NCBI GenBank assembly: GCA_944383405.1
Contig: CALWPL010000004.1
Coordinates: 64,276 to 128,275 of the forward strand
Source: an uncultured Clostridia bacterium
Lineage (GTDB): Bacteria > Bacillota > Clostridia > Christensenellales > UBA1242
Length of the DNA: 64,000 nucleotides
Reading direction: 5' to 3'
Notes under the pieces: generated by a model
Databases searched by the model: none
Told to the model about the DNA's origin: nothing
Seen by the model: the letters and a program-made list of their open reading frames with translations, nothing else
In this document: one piece after another, positions 35,998 to 46,060 of the stretch
Layout of the letters: the number at the start of each line of letters is the position of its first letter
Numbering within the stretch: the first letter of the stretch is position 1
Program-made: the position numbers and the translations under genes

Positions 35998-38610
35998 TTA
36001 TCTGTTTACCTTTTTATTTAAGTCAACTAAAATTTCAAAGGCATCCATTGGACTTAATTTATTTATATCAATATTCCTTATTTCATTAATGATATTGTCC
36101 TTACTTTTTTGACTCAAATCTGAAGAAGTGTCAGTATTTTCTTCTTTTATCTCAAACTTGACTGAATTTTTTTCAAGTTGACTTAATATGTTTTTTGCTC
36201 TTTTTATAATCTCATCGTATATGCCAGATAAACTTGCAACTTCAATTCCAAAACTCTTATCTGCACTGCCTCGTTGAATTTTCCTAAGAAAAATAATAGA
36301 ATTATTAAATTCTTTAACACCAATCTTATAATTTTTTATTCCTTCAAGTTTACCTTCAAGCGTAGTTATCTCATGATAATGTGTTGAAAATAAAGTTTTA
36401 CACCTTATTTTCTGAGAAATATATTCTAAAACTGCCCACGCTATACTCATACCATCATAAGTTGCTGTTCCACGACCCACTTCATCCAGTAAAACAAGAC
36501 TCTTACTTGTTGCGTTGTTAAGAATATTTGCTACTTCAACCATTTCCACCATAAAAGTACTTTGGCCATTATTTAAGTCATCACTTGCCCCAATTCTCGT
36601 AAATATTCTATCAACTATTGCTATTTCTGCATTTGTCGCCGGCACAAAAGAACCTATGTGGGCCATGATAACAATAAGAGCAATTTGTCTCATATATGTA
36701 CTTTTACCAGCCATATTTGGTCCCGTTATGATTAATGTTCTATCATCTTTATCATTTAAGTAGGCATCATTTGGCACAAATAAATCAACTTTTGGATTAG
36801 CCTCTATTATTGGATGCCTTCCATTTTCTATTTTTATATGTTTGTATCTTTCACTTACCTTTGGTCTTGTATAATTGTATTCCTGAGCAACCTTAGCAAG
36901 AGAAGAAACAACATCAATAAAAGCAATTTCATCAGCCGTTTTTTGAATTATACTTACAACTTCTTTTAATTTTTCCTTAATTTGTTCAAAAATAGAACTT
37001 TCAAGTTTATTTGCAAGTTCTTCAGAATTTAAAAGTTTATTTTCAATCTCTTTTAATTCTTCTGTAATGAATCTCTCGTGGTTAGAAATAGTTTGCCTTC
37101 TTTCGTACCTGTATGGGACAAGTTTTTCCTGAGATTTGTTTACTTCTATAAAATAACCAAAAACTCTACTGTACCCAATTTTTAAATTTTTTATACCAGT
37201 TTCTTCTCTTTCTTTTGCTTCTAAACTTGCAAGCCACTTTTTTGCTTGTGAAGAAATATTTCTTAATTCATATAAATCTTTGTTAAAATCTTCCTTTATA
37301 AAACCGCCACCAGATGTAATCGCAGGCGGGTTCTCTATAAACACACTTTCTAACAAGTCAGCAAGATTTTTTATGCTTTCAATTTCTTTAAATAGCGAAA
37401 CAAAACTCTCACTTTTTAAATCTTTTGCATAATTTGATAAGTCAATAACAGCATTAAGTGAATTTTTTAAAGAAACACAATCCCTTGGCATAATAGAGCC
37501 ATAAGAAATTTTTGAGCAAGTTCTTGCAATATCATTTATATTTGATAACACATTTGCAATATCATTTTGTAACATTGAATTGTAATATAATTCTTCAATA
37601 CAATCAAGCCTTTTATTAATTTCTTTTGAATGTTGTAAGGGTTGTAAAATCCATTTCTCAAGAAGTCTTGCACCCATGGCTGTTTTTGTTTTGTTTAAAT
37701 GTCCAAGCAGTGAACCCTTTTTCTTTTTATCTCTTATATTCTCAATAAGTTCCAAATTTTTGCAAGCATTATAATCTAGATGCATAAAATCATCATTGTT
37801 TTCAGTAATTATTTTATTTATATGATTAAGGCTTCTCTTTTGAGTATCATTAAGATAATTTATTAATGCTCCCACAGCACAAATTGCATTATTTAATTTT
37901 GCAAAATCATGCCCTGCTAGTGATGAAATACTAAATTGCTTTTTTATAAGTTCTTTTGCATTTTGCTCGTCAAAATCAAATTCAATTTGCTTACTAAATG
38001 CTGGCAAAAAGTCAAGAGCCTTTATATCTTTATCAAAAGACAAATTAAAAGCCTCTTCATTACAAATAATTTCTGCAGGTCTAATGCGTGATAACAAGTC
38101 AAGCAGTTGATGTAGAGCGTTCCCCTTATACTCGCTCACTCTAAATTCCCCTGTTGAAACATCACAAAAAGCACAACCTATTATTTCGTTTTTCTTACAT
38201 AAACTTAAAATATAATTGCTTGCGTTTGATTTTAAAATCTCACTTTCAATTACAGTTCCCGGTGTTATGACCCTTGTTACATCTCTTTCAACAATTTGAC
38301 CCTTAACTGGCGTAGTTAATTGATCACAAATTGCGACTTTATATCCTTTTTCTATAATTTTAGCAATATAACTATCAACAGCATGGTATGGAACGCCACA
38401 CATTGGGGCTCTTTCTTCTAACCCACAAGCACGAGAAGTTAGTGCTATGTCTAATATTTTAGAAGCAATTTCCGCATCTTCAAAAAACAACTCATAAAAA
38501 TCCCCAAGACGATAAAAGAGTAAACAATCTTTGTATTGTTCCTTAGTAATCAAATACTTTTTCATCATTGGCGAAAAATCTTTTTCTTTTGCCTTTTTAC
38601 TCTCACTCAT
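35998..38610 (-). CDS. mutS: DNA mismatch repair protein MutS
   Basis: 870 aa with GDFYELF, Walker A GPNMAGKST, DEVGRGT and STHYHE. Confidence 0.95.
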   Translation of the reverse strand: MSESKKAKEKDFSPMMKKYLITKEQYKDCLLFYRLGDFYELFFEDAEIASKILDIALTSRACGLEERAPMCGVPYHAVDSYIAKIIEKGYKVAICDQLTTPVKGQIVERDVTRVITPGTVIESEILKSNASNYILSLCKKNEIIGCAFCDVSTGEFRVSEYKGNALHQLLDLLSRIRPAEIICNEEAFNLSFDKDIKALDFLPAFSKQIEFDFDEQNAKELIKKQFSISSLAGHDFAKLNNAICAVGALINYLNDTQKRSLNHINKIITENNDDFMHLDYNACKNLELIENIRDKKKKGSLLGHLNKTKTAMGARLLEKWILQPLQHSKEINKRLDCIEELYYNSMLQNDIANVLSNINDIARTCSKISYGSIMPRDCVSLKNSLNAVIDLSNYAKDLKSESFVSLFKEIESIKNLADLLESVFIENPPAITSGGGFIKEDFNKDLYELRNISSQAKKWLASLEAKEREETGIKNLKIGYSRVFGYFIEVNKSQEKLVPYRYERRQTISNHERFITEELKEIENKLLNSEELANKLESSIFEQIKEKLKEVVSIIQKTADEIAFIDVVSSLAKVAQEYNYTRPKVSERYKHIKIENGRHPIIEANPKVDLFVPNDAYLNDKDDRTLIITGPNMAGKSTYMRQIALIVIMAHIGSFVPATNAEIAIVDRIFTRIGASDDLNNGQSTFMVEMVEVANILNNATSKSLVLLDEVGRGTATYDGMSIAWAVLEYISQKIRCKTLFSTHYHEITTLEGKLEGIKNYKIGVKEFNNSIIFLRKIQRGSADKSFGIEVASLSGIYDEIIKRAKNILSQLEKNSVKFEIKEENTDTSSDLSQKSKDNIINEIRNIDINKLSPMDAFEILVDLNKKVNR

Positions 38611-38612
38611 CT

Positions 38613-39935
38613 TTACACCACTTTCCCTTGTAATTCATTATTTACAATATCTGTAACTAAAACTTTTCTAACTTGACCAATCTCTAAATTATCTTCATTT
38701 AGTTTAATAGATTTTCCATTAAAAGTTTTTAATATTAAATTTCCTTTTTCGTCTTTTTCAATCACACCTTCAAATTTATTATCTATCATCTTTTGCAACT
38801 CTTCTCTTGATATCTGATGTTGTAATTCAAATAGCCTTGTTATGCGATTTTGTTTTACTTTATCTGGCACTTGATTTTCAAAAGTCGCAGCAGGTGTTCC
38901 ATTTCTCCTAGAATAGACAAATCCAAAAATACTTGAAAACCTACAATGCTTTAATAAATCGCAAGTCTCCTCAAAATCTTGTTCAGTCTCTCCTGGAAAA
39001 CCAACTATAATATCAGTAGTTAAACTAACGCCTGGAATCTTTTTATAAATCTCATCTACAAGAGCCTTGTAATGCTCAGCAGTATACCTTCTATTCATTG
39101 CTTTAAGAACGCTATTACTTCCACTTTGCACCGGAAGATGAAGTGCTCTACTCATTTTATTATGTGTTGCTATAAAATCTATCAACTCAAACGAAAAATC
39201 TTTTGGATGTGATGACATGAAATTAATCTTAAAATCTCCATTAATTTTACATATCTCATTTAGTAAATATACAAAATTTGTTCTCCCATCATTAAAATCA
39301 TGACCATAGGAATTGACATTCTGACCAAGTAAAGTAATAGTTTTATATTTATTTTCTTTTACAAGTTCTTCAATTTCTTTAACTATATCTTCAACTTTCC
39401 TACTTCTCTCTCTTCCCCTAACATAAGGCACAATACAATATGTACAAAAATTATTACAACCATACATTATATTAACCCAAGCATTATACTTGCTTGTCCT
39501 ATAAATTTTTGTATCTTCCTTTATTTCTTGTTCTTTGTCCCAAACTATACTATTAAATTTAGATTTATAATTATACTCTTTTATGTAATCTTCAAGCTCG
39601 TTCAAATTGTGCGTACCTATAACGAGATTTATAAACGGAAATCTCTTTTTTAAAATATCACTCATGCCTTTTTGTTGCGTCATGCAGCCACAAACCACTA
39701 TAAGCAAATTAGGATTTTTTTTCTTTAAAGCCTTTGTATCTCCTATCTTTGCCATAATTTTAAGTTCAGCAGTTTCCCTTATACAACAAGTATTAAAGAC
39801 AATGATGTCTGAGTTTTCTTTACTACTACTTTCTTCATAACCAAGATCAATAAGCATCCCTGCTATTTTTTCTGAATCGTGAACATTCATTTGACAACCA
39901 AATGTTTCAATAAAATATTTTTTTTTCGTTTCCAT
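38613..39935 (-). CDS. miaB: tRNA-i6A37 methylthiotransferase MiaB
   Basis: UPF0004 N-terminal domain (FGCQMN), radical SAM CNNFCTYCIVP, and a TRAM C-terminus. Confidence 0.9.
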   Translation of the reverse strand: METKKKYFIETFGCQMNVHDSEKIAGMLIDLGYEESSSKENSDIIVFNTCCIRETAELKIMAKIGDTKALKKKNPNLLIVVCGCMTQQKGMSDILKKRFPFINLVIGTHNLNELEDYIKEYNYKSKFNSIVWDKEQEIKEDTKIYRTSKYNAWVNIMYGCNNFCTYCIVPYVRGRERSRKVEDIVKEIEELVKENKYKTITLLGQNVNSYGHDFNDGRTNFVYLLNEICKINGDFKINFMSSHPKDFSFELIDFIATHNKMSRALHLPVQSGSNSVLKAMNRRYTAEHYKALVDEIYKKIPGVSLTTDIIVGFPGETEQDFEETCDLLKHCRFSSIFGFVYSRRNGTPAATFENQVPDKVKQNRITRLFELQHQISREELQKMIDNKFEGVIEKDEKGNLILKTFNGKSIKLNEDNLEIGQVRKVLVTDIVNNELQGKVV

Positions 39936-40026
39936 AGTGTCAATATTATATAAAAATTATTAACAAATTTCAACAAAAATTTATTCTTATTATAATAAAA
40001 TAATTATTAAGATAGATAATATATAT

Positions 40027-42276
40027 ATGAACATCAAAGTAAAAAAAACAATACAAATAATATTTTATGTTTTTTTAGCATTGTTTTTTATCATTGTTTT
40101 ATTTTTCTGTTTATTTTATTTTGGCTTATTAGATAGTTTTGCAAAAGTAAAATTTGATAAAAACAAACTTCAATATTCAACTTCACAAGTATACATGACA
40201 GATAAAAACAATGAACCCATAAAACTAGATTACATACAACAAAAGAATCTAACTTTTAATGAAATTCCCAAATCAACAATCAATGCTTTTATTTCAATAG
40301 AAGATAAAAATTTTTATTCTCATCATGGCATAAACTACAAAAGAATAGCAAAGGCAGCAATTAAAAATTTATCAAGAATGAAATTTAGTGAAGGAGCATC
40401 TACAATAACGCAGCAACTTATAAAAAATACGCACTTAACAAGTGAAAAAACTTTCAAAAGAAAGTTTAACGAACTTATTCTTGCTAGACAACTTGAAAAA
40501 AATCTTTCAAAAGATGAGATAATAACCGCCTATCTAAACGCTATTTATTTTGGAAATGGCACATTTGGCATAAATGAAGCAGCACAAAGATATTTTTCAA
40601 AAAATACTACCGATTTAACTTTAACTGAGTCGGCAACACTTGCTGGCATCATTAAGTCGCCAAAGACTTATTCCCCTGTTTTAAATCCAGAAAATTGTAT
40701 TAAAAGGCGAAATTTGGTTTTAAAAGAAATGTATAAGGACAAAAAAATTTCTTATGAAGATTATGTAAATAGCACTCAAAGCAACTTAAATTTAAAATTG
40801 AATAAAAATTTTCTTGGTTATAATGATTATTATAACGCTTGTATTGATGAGGCTTGTAAAATTTTAAAAATTACTGAAAAGGACTTGCTTGTAAAAAAAT
40901 ATAAGATAAATACATATTTAGACCAGGATTTACAAGATAAAGTATGTTCTGAAATAGATAATTTGCAAAATTATACTAACAACTCAAACTGTGATGGTTT
41001 AATTCTTACAATAGACAACAAAACTGGTGGCATCACTTCATTTGCAGGTAAAAGTGATTATAATTTGTTAAATATAAATAGACAGCCTGGTTCTGTCTTT
41101 AAACCAATTATTTCATACTCCCCCGCCATTGAAAATGACATAATAAGTGAAATAACTCCTATCCTTGATGAAAAGATAAATATAAACGGCTACATTCCAC
41201 ATAATTATGGTAATAAATTTCATGGCTGGGTCAGTGCAAAATGTGCTCTTGCAAATTCCTATAACATACCAAGTATAAAAATACTTGAATACTTAGGAAT
41301 AGACAAGGCAAAAAGTTTTGCAAAAAAAATGGGTATTACCTTTGACAAAAATGATAGTGGGCACTCACTGGCACTAGGCGGATTAACAAAAGGAATTAAA
41401 ATAAAAGATATAGTAAACTGTTATCAAGCATTTGCAAATAACGGAAAATTTATTAAATCTAGTTTTATAAAATCAATTTTAACACAAGATGGCAAAACAA
41501 TTTATGCAAACACTGAATATGAAAAACAGGTTATGAAAGACTCAACAGCATTTCTAATTACAGATATGTTAAAAGAAAGTGTTAACTCTGGAACTTGTAG
41601 AAAACTAAAATTAAAAAATCTTGATATAGCAAGCAAAACAGGAACTGTTGGTAATGTGGATTCTACTGGAAATACTGACGCTTGGAATATTTCATATACT
41701 CCAAGTCAAACAATGTGCGTGTGGCTTGGCTCAACAAATAGCACACCACTTTCAAACAAAATAACTGGGTCTAATGCTCCCACAGCTATTGCCCAAAGTA
41801 TTTATAAAAACACAAAAAACGATAATCAAAAATTTACAATACCAAACAGCATAAAGCAAGTAGAATTAAATGAATTAGAATATACTCAAAATAATAAGAT
41901 TTTACTTGCTACAAATAACACTCCTGACAGATACAAAATGAAAGCATATTTTGCTTCAAGTAATATTCCAAAAAATTATTCTAATATGTTTAATGAAATA
42001 GAAGATTTTAAAATAATTGCAAGTAAAATAAAAAATAGCATTGAAATTACTTTCAATGCAAATAAGTATTTAATATACGAAGTTTTTAGACAGAACGAAG
42101 ATAACACTAAATTAATTTCATCTGTAAAAAACAAACAAGGCTTGACCACTATAATTGATAAAGATATAAAAAATGGAAATTTCTATTCTTACTATGTTAT
42201 TGCCCGTTATTTAAATAGTGAAATCAATTCTTCTTTAAACAAACAAAGTAATATTGTTAAATTCTTTGTGGCATAA
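40027..42276 (+). CDS. bifunctional class A penicillin-binding protein (PBP1A family)
   Basis: N-terminal TM; GT51 motifs EDKNFYSHHGI and GASTITQQL; transpeptidase SxxK (GSVFKP), SxN (ANSYN) and KTG (SKTGT). Confidence 0.9.
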   Translation: MNIKVKKTIQIIFYVFLALFFIIVLFFCLFYFGLLDSFAKVKFDKNKLQYSTSQVYMTDKNNEPIKLDYIQQKNLTFNEIPKSTINAFISIEDKNFYSHHGINYKRIAKAAIKNLSRMKFSEGASTITQQLIKNTHLTSEKTFKRKFNELILARQLEKNLSKDEIITAYLNAIYFGNGTFGINEAAQRYFSKNTTDLTLTESATLAGIIKSPKTYSPVLNPENCIKRRNLVLKEMYKDKKISYEDYVNSTQSNLNLKLNKNFLGYNDYYNACIDEACKILKITEKDLLVKKYKINTYLDQDLQDKVCSEIDNLQNYTNNSNCDGLILTIDNKTGGITSFAGKSDYNLLNINRQPGSVFKPIISYSPAIENDIISEITPILDEKININGYIPHNYGNKFHGWVSAKCALANSYNIPSIKILEYLGIDKAKSFAKKMGITFDKNDSGHSLALGGLTKGIKIKDIVNCYQAFANNGKFIKSSFIKSILTQDGKTIYANTEYEKQVMKDSTAFLITDMLKESVNSGTCRKLKLKNLDIASKTGTVGNVDSTGNTDAWNISYTPSQTMCVWLGSTNSTPLSNKITGSNAPTAIAQSIYKNTKNDNQKFTIPNSIKQVELNELEYTQNNKILLATNNTPDRYKMKAYFASSNIPKNYSNMFNEIEDFKIIASKIKNSIEITFNANKYLIYEVFRQNEDNTKLISSVKNKQGLTTIIDKDIKNGNFYSYYVIARYLNSEINSSLNKQSNIVKFFVA

Positions 42277-42311
42277 TATTAAGTATGTTTTTACCCTATT
42301 TTTACACATTA

Positions 42312-42335
42312 TTTTGCATAGTACTATGCAAAAAA
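42312..42335. terminator. possible bidirectional terminator (PBP1A / scpB)
   Basis: 22-nt palindrome TTTTGCATAGTACTATGCAAAA. It has a short GC-poor stem with flanking T/A runs. Confidence 0.45.
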
Positions 42336-42337
42336 TA

Positions 42338-43240
42338 TTATAATAAATCGCTATCTTTACCTAGGAAGTCATCAGCATTATTATCTTCGTCTTCGTCTAA
42401 ATACGCTTCCTTTAAAGTCTCTATTACTATATCTTCACTGCTATCTGATGATTGGCTTTTACTACCTAAATCATTATCATTATTACTTTGAACTAAATTC
42501 TCACTCTCTGGAATTTTACTCTTAGAGTTACTTTCCAAGACTTCTTCGCTTAAAGAATTATTACTCTCATCATCTGTTTTTTCTTCATGCAACTTTTCAT
42601 TTTTTATTTTTTCTTCTTCTAATTTTTCTCTTTTTTCTTTACTATCTGGCAACTCTTCTTCTGGTATAATCTCAGTACTCTTGTAAAGCGAATCTGTAAT
42701 TGGCTCGTGTAAAACCTTAATTCTACTCAGTAATTCTTCATAATCAGGTAAATCATCAATAGTTTGCAAATCAAATCTTTTTAAAAATTCATCTGTTGTC
42801 CCAAATAACAATGGCTTACCAATAGCATCCTTTCTACCAACAACTTCTATTAATTTAAAATTAGTTAATATTTGAACAGCATAATCACTATTTACCCCTC
42901 TTACCTGTTCAATATCAAGCCTTGTTATAGGTTGCTTATAGGCAATTATTGCCAAGGTTTCAAGAGCCGCTTTTGTTAATTGTTTTTCTCTTATTGGATT
43001 TAAAACAGTTGCAATATCATCTGCAAAATCAGGATTTGAACACATTTGGGCACTTTTTTTATAGGTAATAATATTAAACCCATCATCTTTATGTTTCTCT
43101 TTTAAATTCTCAATTACCTTTTCTACTTCTTTTATATCAATTTCAAGTTTCTCAGCAATATCTTTGAGTTCTACACCCTGTCCTGCTACAAATAAAATTC
43201 CTTCAACAACCTGCTCTAATTTATTTTTATCAGACAGCAT
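42338..43240 (-). CDS. scpB: segregation and condensation protein B with long acidic C-terminal tail
   Basis: The N-terminal 185 aa are typical ScpB (EGILFVAG, ETLAIIAYKQPITRLDIEQVRGV, LFGTTDEFLKRF). About 115 aa of Glu/Asp/Ser/Asn-rich tail follow. Confidence 0.9.
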   Translation of the reverse strand: MLSDKNKLEQVVEGILFVAGQGVELKDIAEKLEIDIKEVEKVIENLKEKHKDDGFNIITYKKSAQMCSNPDFADDIATVLNPIREKQLTKAALETLAIIAYKQPITRLDIEQVRGVNSDYAVQILTNFKLIEVVGRKDAIGKPLLFGTTDEFLKRFDLQTIDDLPDYEELLSRIKVLHEPITDSLYKSTEIIPEEELPDSKEKREKLEEEKIKNEKLHEEKTDDESNNSLSEEVLESNSKSKIPESENLVQSNNDNDLGSKSQSSDSSEDIVIETLKEAYLDEDEDNNADDFLGKDSDLL

Positions 43241-44015
43241 CTTTATTCTCCTTATTTTCTTCTTTTAGTTCAATCTCAATATCTTCATAGGTTGATTTTT
43301 GCATTACTCTAATTTCTTGCATTTTTAATAACTCTAAAACTGCAAGGAAAAGATTTATCATTTCACTTTTTGTAAAATCTTCATTATAAAAATCAGAAAA
43401 ATGCATTTTTTTCTTTTCAAGTATTGATTGCCTTATTGATATTATTTTTTCTGCAACTGTAAACCTGTCTTTTTCAATTTTCTTTGGGATAATCTCTTGC
43501 TCTTCCTTCTTAACTCTCGTCATCATTTTAGCAAAAGCATCAAGCAAACCAGAAAGAGTAAGTTCGCCTAAAACATATCTATAATCTTTTACTTTTTCAT
43601 CCGCAGGCTTATAAAATCTGTTTACATTTTCAAGCGGCTTAATTTTTTGAATGACTTCCTGAAACATGTCATACTCTTTAATTTGTCTAAGAAGTCTCGC
43701 TTCTGGGTCTTCTTCATCTTCTTCAACTTCTTCTTCTCTTGGAAGAAGTGATTTTGATTTAATCTCAATCAATGTCGCCGCTATATCAATAAAATCACTT
43801 GCTTTTTCCAAATCTACTTCATCAAGCCCTGCCATGTATTCAAGATACTGTTCTGTCATATCTGCGAGTTTAACTTCTGTTATTTCAAGTTTCGTTTCCT
43901 TAATCATGTGCCATAAAAGTTCAATAGGTCCTTCAAAATTTTCAAGCTTAAACTTATAACCGGTATCCACATAATTTAATTGATTTAGTAATTCCTTATT
44001 ATTTTCGACTTTCAT
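43230..44015 (-). CDS. scpA: segregation and condensation protein A
   Basis: FEGPIELLWHMIKETKLEITEVKLADMTEQYLEYM is typical of ScpA. The ATG at 44015 has an AAGGTGG SD. The ORF track TTG at 44054 would overlap the upstream gene. Confidence 0.9.
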   Translation of the reverse strand: MKVENNKELLNQLNYVDTGYKFKLENFEGPIELLWHMIKETKLEITEVKLADMTEQYLEYMAGLDEVDLEKASDFIDIAATLIEIKSKSLLPREEEVEEDEEDPEARLLRQIKEYDMFQEVIQKIKPLENVNRFYKPADEKVKDYRYVLGELTLSGLLDAFAKMMTRVKKEEQEIIPKKIEKDRFTVAEKIISIRQSILEKKKMHFSDFYNEDFTKSEMINLFLAVLELLKMQEIRVMQKSTYEDIEIELKEENKENKDAV

Positions 44016-44035
44016 ATTTCCACCTTTAACCCCTT

Positions 44036-44698
44036 TTAAAAGAACAATCCCCAAAATGCACTAATAGGGTAACCTATATAATAAACAAGCGTATTAAATA
44101 AACCTGTTCTTGAAAAAATAATTACAAGTATAATTAATAACAATGAACCATATTTTTGCATAAAAGTTACAAATGGATTTGTATAACTAAGTTGTGAAGC
44201 AATGGCATTAAACCCATCAAGTGGATAAATAGGAAGAAGGTTAAACACCATTAAAATTAAGTTTGCTTCATACATATAAAGACACAAATAAAACAAAATC
44301 TCAAGAAATATGCTTTGTCCAATAACACTCATTAAAAGCATTGCAAGTGGATAAAAAATAAAAGCAACAATTAAATTTGTAACAATTCCTGCAATACTAA
44401 CTAAAAAAGTATCTCTCTTTATATTTGAAAAATTATAGGTATTAATTGGAACAGGTTTAGCCCATCCAAAACCAAATACCAAAAAGCAAATAAGCCCTAA
44501 AATATCAAAGTGTACCATAGGGTTAAGTGATAATCTACCATAAACTTTTGCTGTATTGTCCCCAAGTTTATTTGCCATAAAAGCATGTGCAAACTCGTGG
44601 ATTGTCAAAGCAAACACAACGGCAAAAGAAAAAGTAAAAAATATTAAAATTTTATAGCCAAATGATAATGAATTATCAAAAATTAAACTAAAAAGCAT
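44036..44698 (-). CDS. site-2 protease family (M50) membrane metalloprotease
   Basis: 220 aa, polytopic, with HEFAHA (HExxH) and LPIYPLDG motifs. Confidence 0.8.
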   Translation of the reverse strand: MLFSLIFDNSLSFGYKILIFFTFSFAVVFALTIHEFAHAFMANKLGDNTAKVYGRLSLNPMVHFDILGLICFLVFGFGWAKPVPINTYNFSNIKRDTFLVSIAGIVTNLIVAFIFYPLAMLLMSVIGQSIFLEILFYLCLYMYEANLILMVFNLLPIYPLDGFNAIASQLSYTNPFVTFMQKYGSLLLIILVIIFSRTGLFNTLVYYIGYPISAFWGLFF

Positions 44699-44726
44699 AT
44701 TATTCCTTCTACCTTTTAAATAGGCT

Positions 44727-44759
44727 TAAAAAAATAAAGAAGCCCACTTCGACTTCTTT
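44727..44759 (-). terminator. intrinsic terminator after the DD-carboxypeptidase gene
   Basis: On the minus strand: AAAGAAG-tcgaagtggg-CTTCTTT followed by ATTTTTTT. Confidence 0.6.
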
Positions 44760-44808
44760 ATTATATTATATATTACCTAATTAATCAAACTATTTTGCTT
44801 TATTTATA

Positions 44809-45993
44809 CTAATTTTGTGGGGTTTTTAACTTCCAATTTTTGACTATTCTTGTTACATTATCATAGAATGTTGCTTCTTTTGCATTTTCCATACTGACAA
44901 TATTACATTCGCCCACCACTTTTCCATTTCGAACAACATAAATTTTTCCAATCACATCTCCAACTTTTACTGGCGCTTTCACGCTTTCTTCAAGTCTTAA
45001 TTCGATTGAGATATCCCCATCTTCACCTTTTCTTGAAAGTACATATAAATCTTTTTCTGCTTTAACACAAATTGATTTCGTTTGAGATTTTGAAACACTT
45101 ACTTTTTCTTTTAATGGAATTAAACTATCAACAACCTTTTTATTCTCAAAATTGTTAAACCCATAATTTAACAACTGAGATGTTTCTCCAAACCTTGACT
45201 TACCATTTTCAGCCCCAAGCACAACACCAATTAATCTCATGTCTCCCCTTTTAGCAGTTGCCGCAAGGCAATATCCTGCTTCATTTGTCGAACCAGTTTT
45301 ACCACCATCACAGCCCTCGTAATATCTAATTAATTTATTAGTATTTACAAGTTCGCTCTCTCTACCCTTAGGATGTTTTAAAGTATCCATCCAAATTGTA
45401 CTAAACTTATGATAAGAATCATGTTTTAAAACATCACTTAATAGTTTTGCCGTGTCCTTTGCACATGAAAATTGTCCACTTGCAGGCAAGCCTGTACAAT
45501 TTACATAATTAGTATTTGTTAACCCGAGTTCATGCGCTTTTTTATTCATTAAAATAACAAAACTTTCTTCACTCCCAGCAATCTGTTCTGCAAGAGCAAC
45601 ACTTGCGTCATTTGCTGAACTAACAATTGTTGACTTCAGCAAGTCTCCAACACTATACTCAGCGTTTGCTTCAATAAACACTTGTGAGCCACCCATACTT
45701 TGTGCATTTTGAGACACTATCACTTTATCGTCAAGATTAAGTTTTCCACTTTCAATTTCTTCACAAACAAGATCAATTGTCATGAGTTTTACGATACTTG
45801 CTACTGGTACTTTGATTTCCGAATCTTTTTCGTAAAGCACTTGCCCACTATTATAGTCAATTAGATATAATGACTTAGCCGTAAAGTTATCCAAATTAAT
45901 ATCTTTTGCTCCTACAGACATAAAACTACTACTTAATATGTACAAAAAACTTAAACAAAAAATAAGTAATAAGGAAAAAACACCTTTTTTCAT
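44809..45993 (-). CDS. D-alanyl-D-alanine carboxypeptidase (PBP5 family, DacB/DacF-like)
   Basis: Signal peptide; SxxK (VASIVK), SAN (SSANDAS) and KTG (GKTGST) motifs. It is the second paralogue in the window and lies near scpAB, as dacB does in B. subtilis. Confidence 0.85.
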   Translation of the reverse strand: MKKGVFSLLLIFCLSFLYILSSSFMSVGAKDINLDNFTAKSLYLIDYNSGQVLYEKDSEIKVPVASIVKLMTIDLVCEEIESGKLNLDDKVIVSQNAQSMGGSQVFIEANAEYSVGDLLKSTIVSSANDASVALAEQIAGSEESFVILMNKKAHELGLTNTNYVNCTGLPASGQFSCAKDTAKLLSDVLKHDSYHKFSTIWMDTLKHPKGRESELVNTNKLIRYYEGCDGGKTGSTNEAGYCLAATAKRGDMRLIGVVLGAENGKSRFGETSQLLNYGFNNFENKKVVDSLIPLKEKVSVSKSQTKSICVKAEKDLYVLSRKGEDGDISIELRLEESVKAPVKVGDVIGKIYVVRNGKVVGECNIVSMENAKEATFYDNVTRIVKNWKLKTPQN

Positions 45994-46060
45994 ATCTCAC
46001 TCCTTTTTACTTATTATTTGCTAAACCTAAAAAAAATATTTATTAAATTTTAATTTTTTA

